20,678 nucleotides of DNA from Octopus sinensis (GCF_006345805.1 NW_021823909.1:1-20678); one strand, 5' to 3'. Positions 1 to 8,912 are shown, counted from the stretch's first letter. Translations and numbers: made by a program. The notes: a model not told the origin generated them from the sequence alone.

Positions 1-90
1 ACCTCTCGCGAAACTTTTTTTTCGACGCACCAAGAAGACGCCTAACTCGCTGCCTTCCTGCACTCATTAATTAATTAATATAATATATAA

Positions 91-310
91 GGTGGTGAGC
101 TGGCAGAATCGTTTGCACGCCGGATAAAATGCTTAGCGGCATTTTCTTTCGTCTTTACGCTTTGAGTCCAAATTCCGCCGAAGTCGACATTGTTTTTCAT
201 CGATGTCGGAGATCGATGGAAAAAAAAAAATTACCATTTGAGTACTGGGGTCGATGTAATCGACTTATCCCTCCCTCCAAAATATCAGGCCTTGTGCTAA
301 AATTTGAAAG
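91..310 (+). mobile_element. tRNA-derived SINE family A (tail type 2), unit 1 of head-to-tail trimer
   Basis: A-box-like GAGCTGGCAGAATCG, B-box-like GAGTCCAAATTCC, core GGGGTCGATGTAATCGAC, tail CCTTGTGCTAAAATTTGAA; homologous to many other copies in the window. Confidence 0.85.
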
Positions 311-523
311 CGTGGCGAGCTGGCAGAATCGTTAGCACACCAGACAAAATTCTTTGCACCATTTTCTTCCGTCTTTACGTTCTGAGATCAAATTCCGCCG
401 AAGTCGACATTGCTTTTCATCGCTGTCGGAGGTCGATGAAAAAGAAATAAATACCAGTTGGGGTCAATGTAGTCGATTTATCCCTCCCTCTAAAATGTCA
501 GGCTTTGTGCTAAAATTTGAAAG
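311..523 (+). mobile_element. SINE family A (tail type 2), unit 2 of trimer
   Basis: Directly abuts unit 1 and has the same head-core-tail order. Confidence 0.85.
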
Positions 524-1028
524 CATGGCGAGCTGGCAGAATCGTTGGCACACCGAACAAAATTCTTAGCGCCATTTTTTTCCGTCTTTACGATCTGAGA
601 TCAAATTAGCCAAAGTCGACATTGCTTTTCATCGCTGTCGGTGATCGATAAAAATAAAATAAATACCAGTTGAGTACTGGGATCGATTTAATCTATTTCT
701 TTATTGCCCACAGGGGGCTAAACATAGAGGGGACAAACAGGGACAGACAAAGGGATTAAGTCAATCACATCGACCCCAGTGCGTAACTGGTACTTATTTA
801 ATCGACCCCGAAAGGATGAAAGGCAAAGTCGACCTCGGCGGAATTTGAACTCAGAACGTAGCGGCAGACGAAATACGGCTACACATTTCGCCCGGCGTGC
901 TAACGGTTCTGCCAGCTCGCCGCCTTCTGGGATCGATTTAATCGATTTGCCTACCATCCCACACACGCACACAAAGAAATCAATACGAAAACACCCGGCC
1001 TTGTGTCTGAAGCAGAAAGGTCTAATTA
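524..1028 (+). mobile_element. SINE family A unit 3, interrupted by an antisense copy (524-693 plus ~944-1028)
   Basis: Head and core run to 693; a degenerate type-2 tail (CCGGCCTTGTGTCTGAAGCAGAAAGG) resumes after the insertion. Confidence 0.7.
694..926 (-). mobile_element. Full-length SINE family A (tail type 1) with 17-bp TSD
   Basis: Reverse strand reads AAGGCGGCGAGCTGGCAGAACCG...GAGTTCAAATTCCGCC...GGGCAATAAAGAAATA; CTGGGATCGATTTAATC is duplicated exactly at 677-693 and 927-943. Confidence 0.93.
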
Positions 1029-1029
1029 A

Positions 1030-1250
1030 TCTCTTATTATAAAAGGCAGATTTTATCTGCCTCCCTTGGGAGTTAGTTATACAAATCACAATATAGGATT
1101 TCTTCAATTACAATTTACCTAGCATTTGAGAGTACAATGCATCGCGTCATGCCAGGTCCAGTTTTTAAAATTTAAACTCCAATTAAGCAAAATTTACAGA
1201 AAACTCACATTCTGGTGTGTGTGCAAATGCTTTTCTTAGTCTGGTTTACA
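1030..1250 (+). mobile_element. Possible 5' fragment of a second Helitron family
   Basis: A|TCTCTTATTATAAAA start resembles Helitron 5' ends and is followed by an 8-bp-stem hairpin (1044-1062); no CTAG 3' end found; right boundary approximate. Confidence 0.3.
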
Positions 1251-1445
1251 CCACACGCAAACGCACCCACACACAGGGGCAACGAATAAAATGAAAGTAA
1301 ATAGCGACAGAGTGATTTGGGAAGACTACTAAAGTGAAAGTATTTGTCTATGACGCTGATAGATACATGAGTAAAATGTATGGGAAGCTAAGAGCTAAGA
1401 GTGAGTGAAAATGTTTTGGAAGAGAGTAATTAGTAATAAAGTAAA

Positions 1446-1757
1446 CATACACTCATACATACATACATACATACATACATACATACATACATACATACAA
1501 ACACACACACATACACACACACACACATACACACACACACATACATACATACACCACATACATACATACATACATATACATACATACATATACATACATA
1601 CATACACACACCACATACCACACACACACAGTATTGAAGCTTGAGAACAATCAGATACATTTGCAACACATCTGTTGAAAATATTATTGTTCACACACAC
1701 ACATACATATATACATATACAGACAGACAGACAATAGACACACACACACACACACAT
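1446..1757 (+). repeat. (ACAT)n/(AC)n microsatellites
   Basis: Read directly; two tracts, about 1446-1628 and 1692-1757. Confidence 0.95.
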
Positions 1758-1760
1758 GAT

Positions 1761-1808
1761 CCAGCATGGCCACAACCTCAAGGCTTGAAACATATAAAAG
1801 AATAACAG
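1761..1808 (+). mobile_element. Isolated retroposon 3' tail related to the SINE B tail
   Basis: CCAGCATGGCCACAACC...TGAAACATATAAAAGAATAA resembles CCAGCATGGCCGCAGTC...TGAAACAAGTAAAAGAG. Confidence 0.5.
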
Positions 1809-1817
1809 AATATAAAT

Positions 1818-2180
1818 GTGTGCAAAGTACAAGAAATATTATATATTGTATATGGGGATTGGACAATAAGCGTAAGGCAGTGTCAATGGTGGTTCCAGAA
1901 ATCCCGAGCCATAAACTACAGCCTAGAAGACGAGCCTCATCCTGAAAGATCTGTAGAACTCGACAAGGACATCCTGAAAACCCTGGTGGAACAAAATATC
2001 ATCGTAACTGTTGAGGAACTAGCAGAGAAGCTTGGATTTGGTCATTCAACCATTCATTGACACCTGTGTGCTATCGGAAAAGTCAGCAAATTGGGTCAAT
2101 GGGTTCCTCACGAACTTTCCGAGTCTAATTGCATGCAGAGAGTGAATGTATGCTTTTCTTTGCTGTCATATCTCACCACT
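1818..2180 (+). pseudogene. mariner-family transposase N-terminal fragment (HTH region to WVPHEL)
   Basis: WFQK...SLEDEPHPERSVELDKDILKTLVEQN...EELAEKLGFGHSTIH*HLCAIGKVSKLGQWVPHEL; WVPHEL at 2100-2117 is the established mariner linker motif; in-frame TGA at 2058-2060; no DD34D domain. Confidence 0.92.
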
Positions 2181-2195
2181 ACTGCGCTATGTATA

Positions 2196-2826
2196 TCTAT
2201 ATATATAAAACTGTAGTTGTGGAGTGTCTGTCCCCTTCGATTTAGATTCCTAACTACTCCCACATTTTGCGGTACAGTTTAACCAAATTCGGGTAGCTTA
2301 TAGTCGTGATTCATATCGAGCCCGTCTGAATATTAGCGCGCGTCTACGATGAGTCTACGATTTTAAAAATAATTTAACATCATTTTTTATTCCATTTTAA
2401 TGCATAATTTTTCGTGTGTCGATGGCGGCGGAGTTGGCGTCCACGCTCACACCTGCACCTGTGGGGGAGGAGTGTAAGGAAATCAACGTCGTAATGCGTT
2501 GTCAAGGAGACCAGGTCTTTTAGAACAACGACTCATGGCTTGAAGACACCAAAACAGAAATGGCTAAGAAAGCGTCTACATGAGTCTACGATTTAAAAAA
2601 AATTTACCATCGTTTTTTTTCCATTTTAATGCATTTTTTCGCTATTATATAAGGGAAGTAACTCTCTAAAAATGTCTACGATGAGTCAACGATTTAAAAA
2701 AAAATTTACCATCATATTTTTTCCATTTTTAATGCATTTTTTGCTATTTTTTGGCTATAACTCTCTAAAAATGCTTATATAGTTATTTCCCTTACAAACC
2801 CGAGCAACGCCGGGCGATACTGCTAG
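2196..2826 (+). mobile_element. Complete non-autonomous Helitron (631 bp)
   Basis: A2195|TCTATATATATAAAA...CTAG|T2827; GC-rich hairpin CCCGAGCAACGCCGGG at 2799-2814, 8 nt before CTAG; no TSD. Confidence 0.88.
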
Positions 2827-3065
2827 TATAATATATAATATAATATATCGCCGTTGTGAAATGTTCGCTTGCGTTTTTCGTAAGTCTATCCCCTTTTCGC
2901 TTTTATCTGCTTCGCCAATCCCTTATATTCTTCACCGTTAATAACGAAATACTGACGCATTATCAACTCCCTTTTGACAAACAGCTTCATATCTTCCATT
3001 ATTGTAATCAGCCGACTTCCTGTTATTCTATACAGAAAGCATTTTTCGAATTCTGAATGGCAAAC

Positions 3066-3461
3066 ACATACACGCTAACGTACATACATACATACATGCA
3101 AGCATACATACATACATACATACATACATACATACATACATACATACATACACATGCATGCATACATACATACATACATACATACATACATAGATACATA
3201 CATACATACATACATACATACACACAAATATACATACACGCGTATACACGCACACGCACACATACATATATACTCGTATATATAAAGGAAAATCGCAAAC
3301 AACATACGTTTATATAGTTACGATCACGAATACAAAAAGCAGCAAACACACACACCTACGTACATACATACACACATACACACATACACACACACATACA
3401 CACCTACATACATACATACATACATACATACATACATACATACATACATACATACATACAT
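3066..3461 (+). repeat. (ACAT)n/(AC)n microsatellites
   Basis: Read directly; tracts about 3066-3270 and 3345-3461. Confidence 0.95.
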
Positions 3462-3877
3462 ACTCTCTACTCTTCTGCTCTTTTACTTGTTTCAGTCATT
3501 TGACTGCGGCCATGCTGGAGCACCGCTTTTAGTCGAGCAAATCGACCCCAGGACTTATTCTTTGTAAGCCTAGTACTTATTCTATCGGTCTCTTTCGCCG
3601 AACAGCTAAGTTACGGGGACATAAACACACCAGCACCGGTTGTCAAGCGATGTTGAGGGGGGACAAACACAGACACACAAACATACACAAACATATATAC
3701 ATATACATATATACGACGGGCTTCTTTCAGTTTCCGTCTACTACATCCACTCACAAGGCTTTGGTCGACCCGAGGCTATAGTAGAAACCACTTGCCCAAG
3801 GTGCCACCCAGTGGGCCTGAACCCGGAACCATGTGGTTGGTAAGCAAGCTACTTACCACACAGCCACTCCTACGCCT
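3462..3877 (-). mobile_element. Full-length tRNA-derived SINE family B
   Basis: Minus strand: GGCGTAGGAGTGGCTGTGTGGTAAG (A-box-like), GGGTTCAGGCCC (B-box-like), CACCTTGGGCAAGTG core, internal TA/TG microsatellite, tail CCAGCATGGCCGCAGTCAAATGACTGAAACAAGTAAAAGAG. Confidence 0.9.
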
Positions 3878-3905
3878 ATATACATACACGAATATATGCA
3901 TATAC

Positions 3906-4070
3906 AGGCGTGGCTGTGCAGTAAGAAGCTGGTTTCCCAACCACATGGTTTCGGGTTCAGTCCCACTGCGTGGCACCTTGGGTAAGCGTCTTCTATTGTA
4001 ACCTCGAGTCGATCAAAGCTTTATGAGTAGATTTCGTAGACGGAAACTGAAAGAAGCCTGTCGTATATAT
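3906..4070 (+). mobile_element. SINE family B 5' half; 3' half absent after the expanded microsatellite
   Basis: Head and core homologous to other B copies through GGAAACTGAAAGAAGCCTGTCG. Confidence 0.88.
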
Positions 4071-4084
4071 GTATATATCTTTCT

Positions 4085-4156
4085 GTGTGTGCATGAGTGT
4101 GTGTGTGTGTGTGTGTGCGTGTGTGTGCGTGTGTGTGTGTGTGTGTTGTGTGCGTG

Positions 4157-4198
<42 letters not shown>

Positions 4199-4240
4199 CG
4201 CGTGTGTGTGCGTGTGTGTGTGTGTGTTGTGTGTGTGTGC

Positions 4241-4279
<39 letters not shown>

Positions 4280-4308
4280 TGTGTGTCGTGTGTATGTGTA
4301 TGTATGTA
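4085..4308 (+). repeat. (GT)n microsatellite
   Basis: Read directly. Confidence 0.97.
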
Positions 4309-4309
4309 T

Positions 4310-4492
4310 TGGCAGAATTGTTCGCACCGGACAAAATTTTTCAGCTTTACGTCCTGGGGTCAAATGTCACCGCGGTTAACTTTGCTTTTCGTCTTTTCGA
4401 GGTCGATAAAATAAAGTACAACTCAAATCATAGGATCGATGTAATCGATTCCCTCTCTCCTTTCTAATTGCTGGCTTTTTGCCAAAATTAGG
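4310..4492 (+). mobile_element. Degenerate SINE family A (tail type 2)
   Basis: TGGCAGAATTG..., GAGGTCGATAAAATAAAGTAC, GGATCGATGTAATCGA, tail GCTGGCTTTTTGCCAAAATT. Confidence 0.7.
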
Positions 4493-4504
4493 ATGAAGAT
4501 ATTA

Positions 4505-5328
4505 CTTTACATCTATTCAAGGCACACGTGGAATAGGCGCCGAAATATGGATGTTGAAATCTCAAAGAAAATAAGGGTAGGATGGAAGGCATTTAACTCA
4601 ATAAGGATGTGATCCAAACCAATCTAGACAATGTTATACGTGCCAGACTCTTCCATAGCACCGTCCTAGCTGCACTCTTATACCCAAGTGAGACGTGGGC
4701 TGTTACGAAGAGGATAGAACATTTGCTGGGCTGTAATGCAAAGGGCCATGGAAAGACCCTTGCTAGGAATATCACTAAGAAACCATGATTGGAATGAGAT
4801 AATTGAAGAAGGGAGCAGAGCGAACGAAGTGATCTCAGAGTACGACAAGCAGAAGTTCGATTAAGTCGGACGTGTGACAAGGTTCGCAAGGTGGACTTAT
4901 GCAGTCGCCGAGTGGTTGGCAGAACCGTTAGCACGCCGGGCGAAATGCTTAGTGGTATTTCGGCTGCCGTTACGTTCTGAGTTCAAATTCCGCCGAGGTC
5001 GACTTTGCCTTTCATCCTTTCGGGGTCGATAAATAAAGTACCAGTTACGCACTGGGGTCGATGTAATCGACTTAATACCTATGTCTGTCCTTGTTTGTCC
5101 CCTCTATGTTTAGCCCCTTGTGGGTAATAAAGAAATAGGTATCCAAGAGACCGGGAATAGCCACTTGGAAGGCCTCCACAACGATGGGAAGACTATTTAG
5201 TGAAGTAACTTGGGTCAAGTGGGAAAATATTGGCGCAATCAAGATAGAATTGGAAGTGCATTGTGACCAGCGATGTATTACAGCATCTGATGATGCGGTC
5301 GGAACTGTGATACTGTGATACTCTGATA
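4505..5328 (+). mobile_element. 3' fragment of an RTE-clade LINE, split by a SINE (4505-4916 plus 5138-5328)
   Basis: Frameshifted translation MDVEISKKIRVGWKAF...RARLFHSTVLAALLYPSETWAVTK...QRAMER...VGRVTRFARWTYAVAEW|YPRDRE*PLGRPPQRWEDY matches the RTE post-RT C-terminal pattern; ends in CTGTGATA tandem tail. Confidence 0.85.
4917..5137 (+). mobile_element. SINE family A (tail type 1), slightly 5'-truncated
   Basis: Near-identical to the 694-926 copy; ends AATAAAGAAATA. Confidence 0.92.
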
Positions 5329-5900
5329 TTACTTGTATCTATTTTATCGGGCCTGGCCGACATAAAGAAATCAAAAACGACCAGACAGAAGTTTATAATT
5401 AGAACATAGGACCACGTGACTCATTAGCGCAAATAATTTTGTTTCAGCGTCCGCTGGTCGGTTACCTAACAATATTGTTATCCACGAACTGTTTAACGGA
5501 TATTGTCCCGTACGGACTAAAAACTAATTAGACTAGCGTGTCCAGTCAAGATAAAACTAAAACTGAAAATTGGAACTTAATTAAGTTCGGAGATTATTCA
5601 AGATAATTAACCACAAAGACTTAAGGATTAAATGTGTGTGTGCGCGCGCGTGTATGTACAGATGAGGGAGTCATGTAGAGGCTCCCTTATCTGGATTGTA
5701 GTCATTATGCTGTTGATTAACTTCAACTCAGCTCTATTTCAGTAGACCTACAATGAAGGGCGCTCTAGACATGACCATCCTGTGTTATTTTTAGACCTTG
5801 TATCTAGAAGTACATCGTCTAATAGGTTGTATGTATGTTTGTGAGAATGCTTGAGTTGTGTGTACATGTACGTAGGACTGAATGTATATGTGTATTTCAA

Positions 5901-6124
5901 TGGACAAACGTTAGCACGCCGGGCGAAATGCTTAGCGGTATTTCGTCTGACGCTACGTTCTGGGTTCAAATTCCGACGAGGTCGACTTTGCCTTTCATCC
6001 TTTCAGGGTCGACAAATTAAGTACCAGTTACGCACTGGGGTCGATGTAATCGACTTAATCCGTTTGTCTGTCCTTGTTTGTTCTCTCTGTGTTTAGCCCC
6101 TTTTGGGTGGGTAGTAAAGAAATA
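5901..6124 (+). mobile_element. SINE family A (tail type 1)
   Basis: B-box GGGTTCAAATTCC, core and type-1 tail present. Confidence 0.9.
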
Positions 6125-6296
6125 GGTGTTTCGTCTGTATTTACGTTCTGAGTTCAAATTCCGTAGCAATTGACTTTGCCTTTCATTCTTTCGGAATCAA
6201 TAAATTAAGTACCAGTTGCGTACTTGGGTCGATCTAATCGACCGGATCCCTCCCCACCAAAATTTCGGGCCTTGTGCCTAGAGTAGAACAGAATAT
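6125..6296 (+). mobile_element. 5'-truncated SINE family A (tail type 2) fused to the preceding copy
   Basis: Starts at internal GGTGTTTCGTCTG; B-box GAGTTCAAATTCC; tail GGGCCTTGTGCCTAGAGTAGAACAGAATAT. Confidence 0.85.
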
Positions 6297-6304
6297 AGTA
6301 CTGT

Positions 6305-6664
6305 CTTCTTTAAGTTTTCGGTAAACATCCATCGAAGGCCACTTTTTGGTATACCGAGCGTTTCACATCCAGGTTTTCTTCCTGGGGTACAGAGGATTCG
6401 CAATCTAGACTAGGGTCTGAAAGTTTACCACACCATAGTGGGTTACACCATGGTTCCTCTGCTTTGTGGCAGAAGTAGGAAGAAAGAGTGAGAGAAAGTT
6501 GTTGTGAAAGAGTACAGCGGGGTTCTCCACTACCCACCGCAGGAACCTCGTGAAGCTTAGATGTTTTTGCTCAATGAACACTCACAATGCTTTGTCTGGG
6601 AATCAAAACCGCGTTCCTACGACCGCGAGTTCGCTGCCTAACCACCGGGCCATTGCGCCTCCAC
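6305..6664 (-). mobile_element. tRNA-derived SINE family C
   Basis: Minus strand GTGGAGGCGCAATGGCCCGGTGGTTAGG (A-box) and GGTTTTGATTCCC (B-box), then TTGAGCAAAAACATCTAA; 3' boundary uncertain. Confidence 0.72.
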
Positions 6665-6869
6665 TGCAGTTGTTGTTGCGGTTGTCAGCGTTGTTGTTGT
6701 CATAATCATCATCGTTCCCGTGGTAACAGTTCTATTTGCCGTTTAACTGCGGGTAGACCCAAACTGAGCAGACCCCTGCATTCCATAAAGCATTCCAGCC
6801 GTCACCAATCGGTCTATTTAATGCAAGTACAACAGGACTTACGTTATCTAATATCTAATATAAGAGAAA

Positions 6870-7015
6870 CGGTTACCACTACCCCCCCCCCGGAGCTTCG
6901 TGAAGCTTGGATGTTTTTGCTCAATAAACACTCACAATGCCTGGTCTGGGAATCAAAACCGCGTTCTTACGACCGCGAGTCCGCTGCCCTAACCGCCGGG
7001 CCATTGCGTCTCTAC
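6870..7015 (-). mobile_element. Second, 3'-truncated SINE family C copy
   Basis: Closely similar to 6520-6664. Confidence 0.8.
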
Positions 7016-7033
7016 TTTGCAGCTGTTGTTTAA

Positions 7034-7252
7034 CAAGTGCTATCTGAGAGAGACTAGGCGGCATTGGGAGGTTACCACCATTGGTCTCAAGCCTCTACTT
7101 CCTTTATCTCTTTTTAGGTGGAGCCTATGACTGTCTCTGTGGAGATTTCCGATCGATATCAGTGTCTTGCGGTTTCTAGTGTCTATGGATTGGATTTCTT
7201 CTACAGACTAATCAAGATTCCCAAATGCCGGACCCAACTACTGCAAATGCTT
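7034..7252 (-). mobile_element. R4/Dong-like non-LTR retrotransposon fragment (post-RT region)
   Basis: Minus frame FGNLD*SVEEIQSIDTRNRKTLISIGNLHRDSHRLHLKRDKGSRGL fits the W..EI..D..TRK.L...G..H..S...RLYL.R..GGRGL pattern of REL-type LINEs. Confidence 0.75.
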
Positions 7253-7267
7253 TGTGAGATATTTATG

Positions 7268-7268
7268 C

Positions 7269-7301
<33 letters not shown>

Positions 7302-7338
7302 TGTATGTATGTATGTATGTATGTATGTATGTATGTAT
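7268..7338 (+). repeat. (ATGT)n microsatellite
   Basis: Read directly. Confidence 0.97.
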
Positions 7339-7385
7339 ACTTACATATAAGAGAACAAAGTGTACGTACGCTGCTATATATATAT

Positions 7386-7614
7386 AAAAAATACAAAACG
7401 GGACAAGAATGCAAAACATCCAGATAGACGATACAAAAAACACGGACGGGTCATTCGAAGCCTTTAATCTTCAGTCAAGAACCGGATCATCCTCGCAATT
7501 TCGGCTGGAGGATGATCCGGTTCTTGACTGAAAATTAAAGGCTTCGAATGACCCGTCCGTGTTTTTGTATCGTCTATCTGGATGTTTTGCATTCTTGTCC
7601 CATTTTGTATTTTT
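7386..7614. repeat. Near-perfect inverted repeat (fold-back) of repeat family E
   Basis: Arms 7386-7494 and 7508-7614, 13-nt spacer GCAATTTCGGCTG; 2 substitutions and 1-2 single-A indels. Confidence 0.95.
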
Positions 7615-7737
7615 ATATATATATATATGTGTATGTATGTATGTATGTATGTATTGTATGTATGTATGTATGTATGTATGTGTGTATGTATGTATGTATG
7701 TATGTATGCATGTATGTGCTGATTTGTATGTGTTACG

Positions 7738-7870
7738 ATCCACATGGTTCCGGGTTCAGTCCCTCTGCGTGGCACCTTGGGCAAGTGCCTTCTACTATAG
7801 CCTCGGGCCGACCAAAGCCTTGTGAGTGGATTTGGTAGACGGAAACTGAAAGCAGCCCGTCGTATATATG

Positions 7871-7901
<31 letters not shown>

Positions 7902-8121
7902 TTGCGTGTCTGTGTTTGTCCCCCCAACATTGCTTGACAACCGATGCTGGTGTGTTTATGTCCCCGTAATTTAGCGGTTCGGTAAAAAGGAGCCCGATAG
8001 TATAAGTACTAGGCTTACAATGAATAAGTCCTGGGGTCGAGTTGCTAGAGTAAAGGCGGTGCTCCAGCATGGCCGCAGTCAAATGACTGAAACAAGTAAA
8101 AGAGTAAAAGAGAGTAAAGAG
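7738..8121 (+). mobile_element. SINE family B, 5'-truncated (A-box missing)
   Basis: CCACATGGTTCCGGGTTCAGTCCC through tail AAACAAGTAAAAGAGTAAAAGAG. Confidence 0.9.
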
Positions 8122-8187
8122 TATAGTTACATATCTAGACATGTTCATATATATTTAAATGATAAACTTCGTATGCGAGTATGTATG

Positions 8188-8260
8188 TATACGGGCATCC
8201 ACCGTGTTACGGCAACCTCAGGTTACTGGATTTCGAGCTTACGGAAATTGTTACGTATGA
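8188..8260 (+). mobile_element. Possible single pogo/Tigger-like terminus
   Basis: TA followed by CGGGCATCCACCGTGTTACG...CGAGCTTACG loosely resembles Tigger TIR starts; no partner TIR found. Confidence 0.25.
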
Positions 8261-8563
8261 CCGATGATTTCGGGTTTGGCATTTCACCCTTACAGAAATT
8301 AAAAACTACTGTTGCTTCTTAACCGAAAATCCGCTTCGAAGTATGATTAACAGTTTTAAAGACTATAACCATGACACGTTCATTTGTGTGTGTGTGTGTG
8401 CACGCTCTTGTGTGTATGTGTGTGAATGTGTTTGCGCGCGCGGCGTGCGTGCGTGCGTGTGTGTGCGTGCAGTTGTTTGTCACGCCCCACTATAAACCCT
8501 AACGGGGGTGTGTCTATTTGTGTATCTGTGTGCATTTTCTCAGATTAAAATAAGTCTCTCTCT

Positions 8564-8578
8564 CTCCTCTCCTCTCTC

Positions 8579-8628
<50 letters not shown>

Positions 8629-8860
8629 ATATATATTATATATATATATTATATAGATATATTATATATATATATGAATATATATATGTGAATATATATA
8701 TATATTATATATATATGTGAATATATATATATATATATAATATGTATACACTATTAATGTATATATATTGAATATATGTATACAAACATATATATAACAT
8801 ATACAAACATAATATGTGTAGAATATATATATGTATACACTTATATATATGCATATATGC

Positions 8861-8912
<52 letters not shown>

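Noticed and set aside
129-1107. Similar ORFs at 129, 354, 718 and 779 suggesting a small gene family
   Set aside because: They are translations of SINE family A copies.
2856-3056. Non-repetitive ORF after the Helitron as a continuation of mariner or a host exon
   Set aside because: No transposase motif or recognisable domain in any frame examined, and no convincing splice sites.
5573-5588. Perfect 16-bp palindrome GAACTTAATTAAGTTC and nearby CACGTGACTCA (about 5412-5422)
   Set aside because: AT-rich and isolated, with no linked gene or second copy; compatible with chance.
6590-6664. tRNA genes at the SINE heads
   Set aside because: A/B boxes are present, but I could not fold a cloverleaf and each head continues into a shared SINE body.
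7118-7253. Apparent exon (polypyrimidine-TTAG|GTG...TTT|GTGAGA; GAYDCLC looks EGF-like)
   Set aside because: The opposite strand translates to a recognisable R4/Dong-like LINE motif, which explains the segment better.
7508-7560. Hammerhead in family E (CTGAAGA/CTGAGGA on one strand, CCGAAATTG nearby)
   Set aside because: The downstream motif is GAAT/GAAC, not GAAA. The possible helix II is offset by 5 nt and there is no valid NUH triplet.
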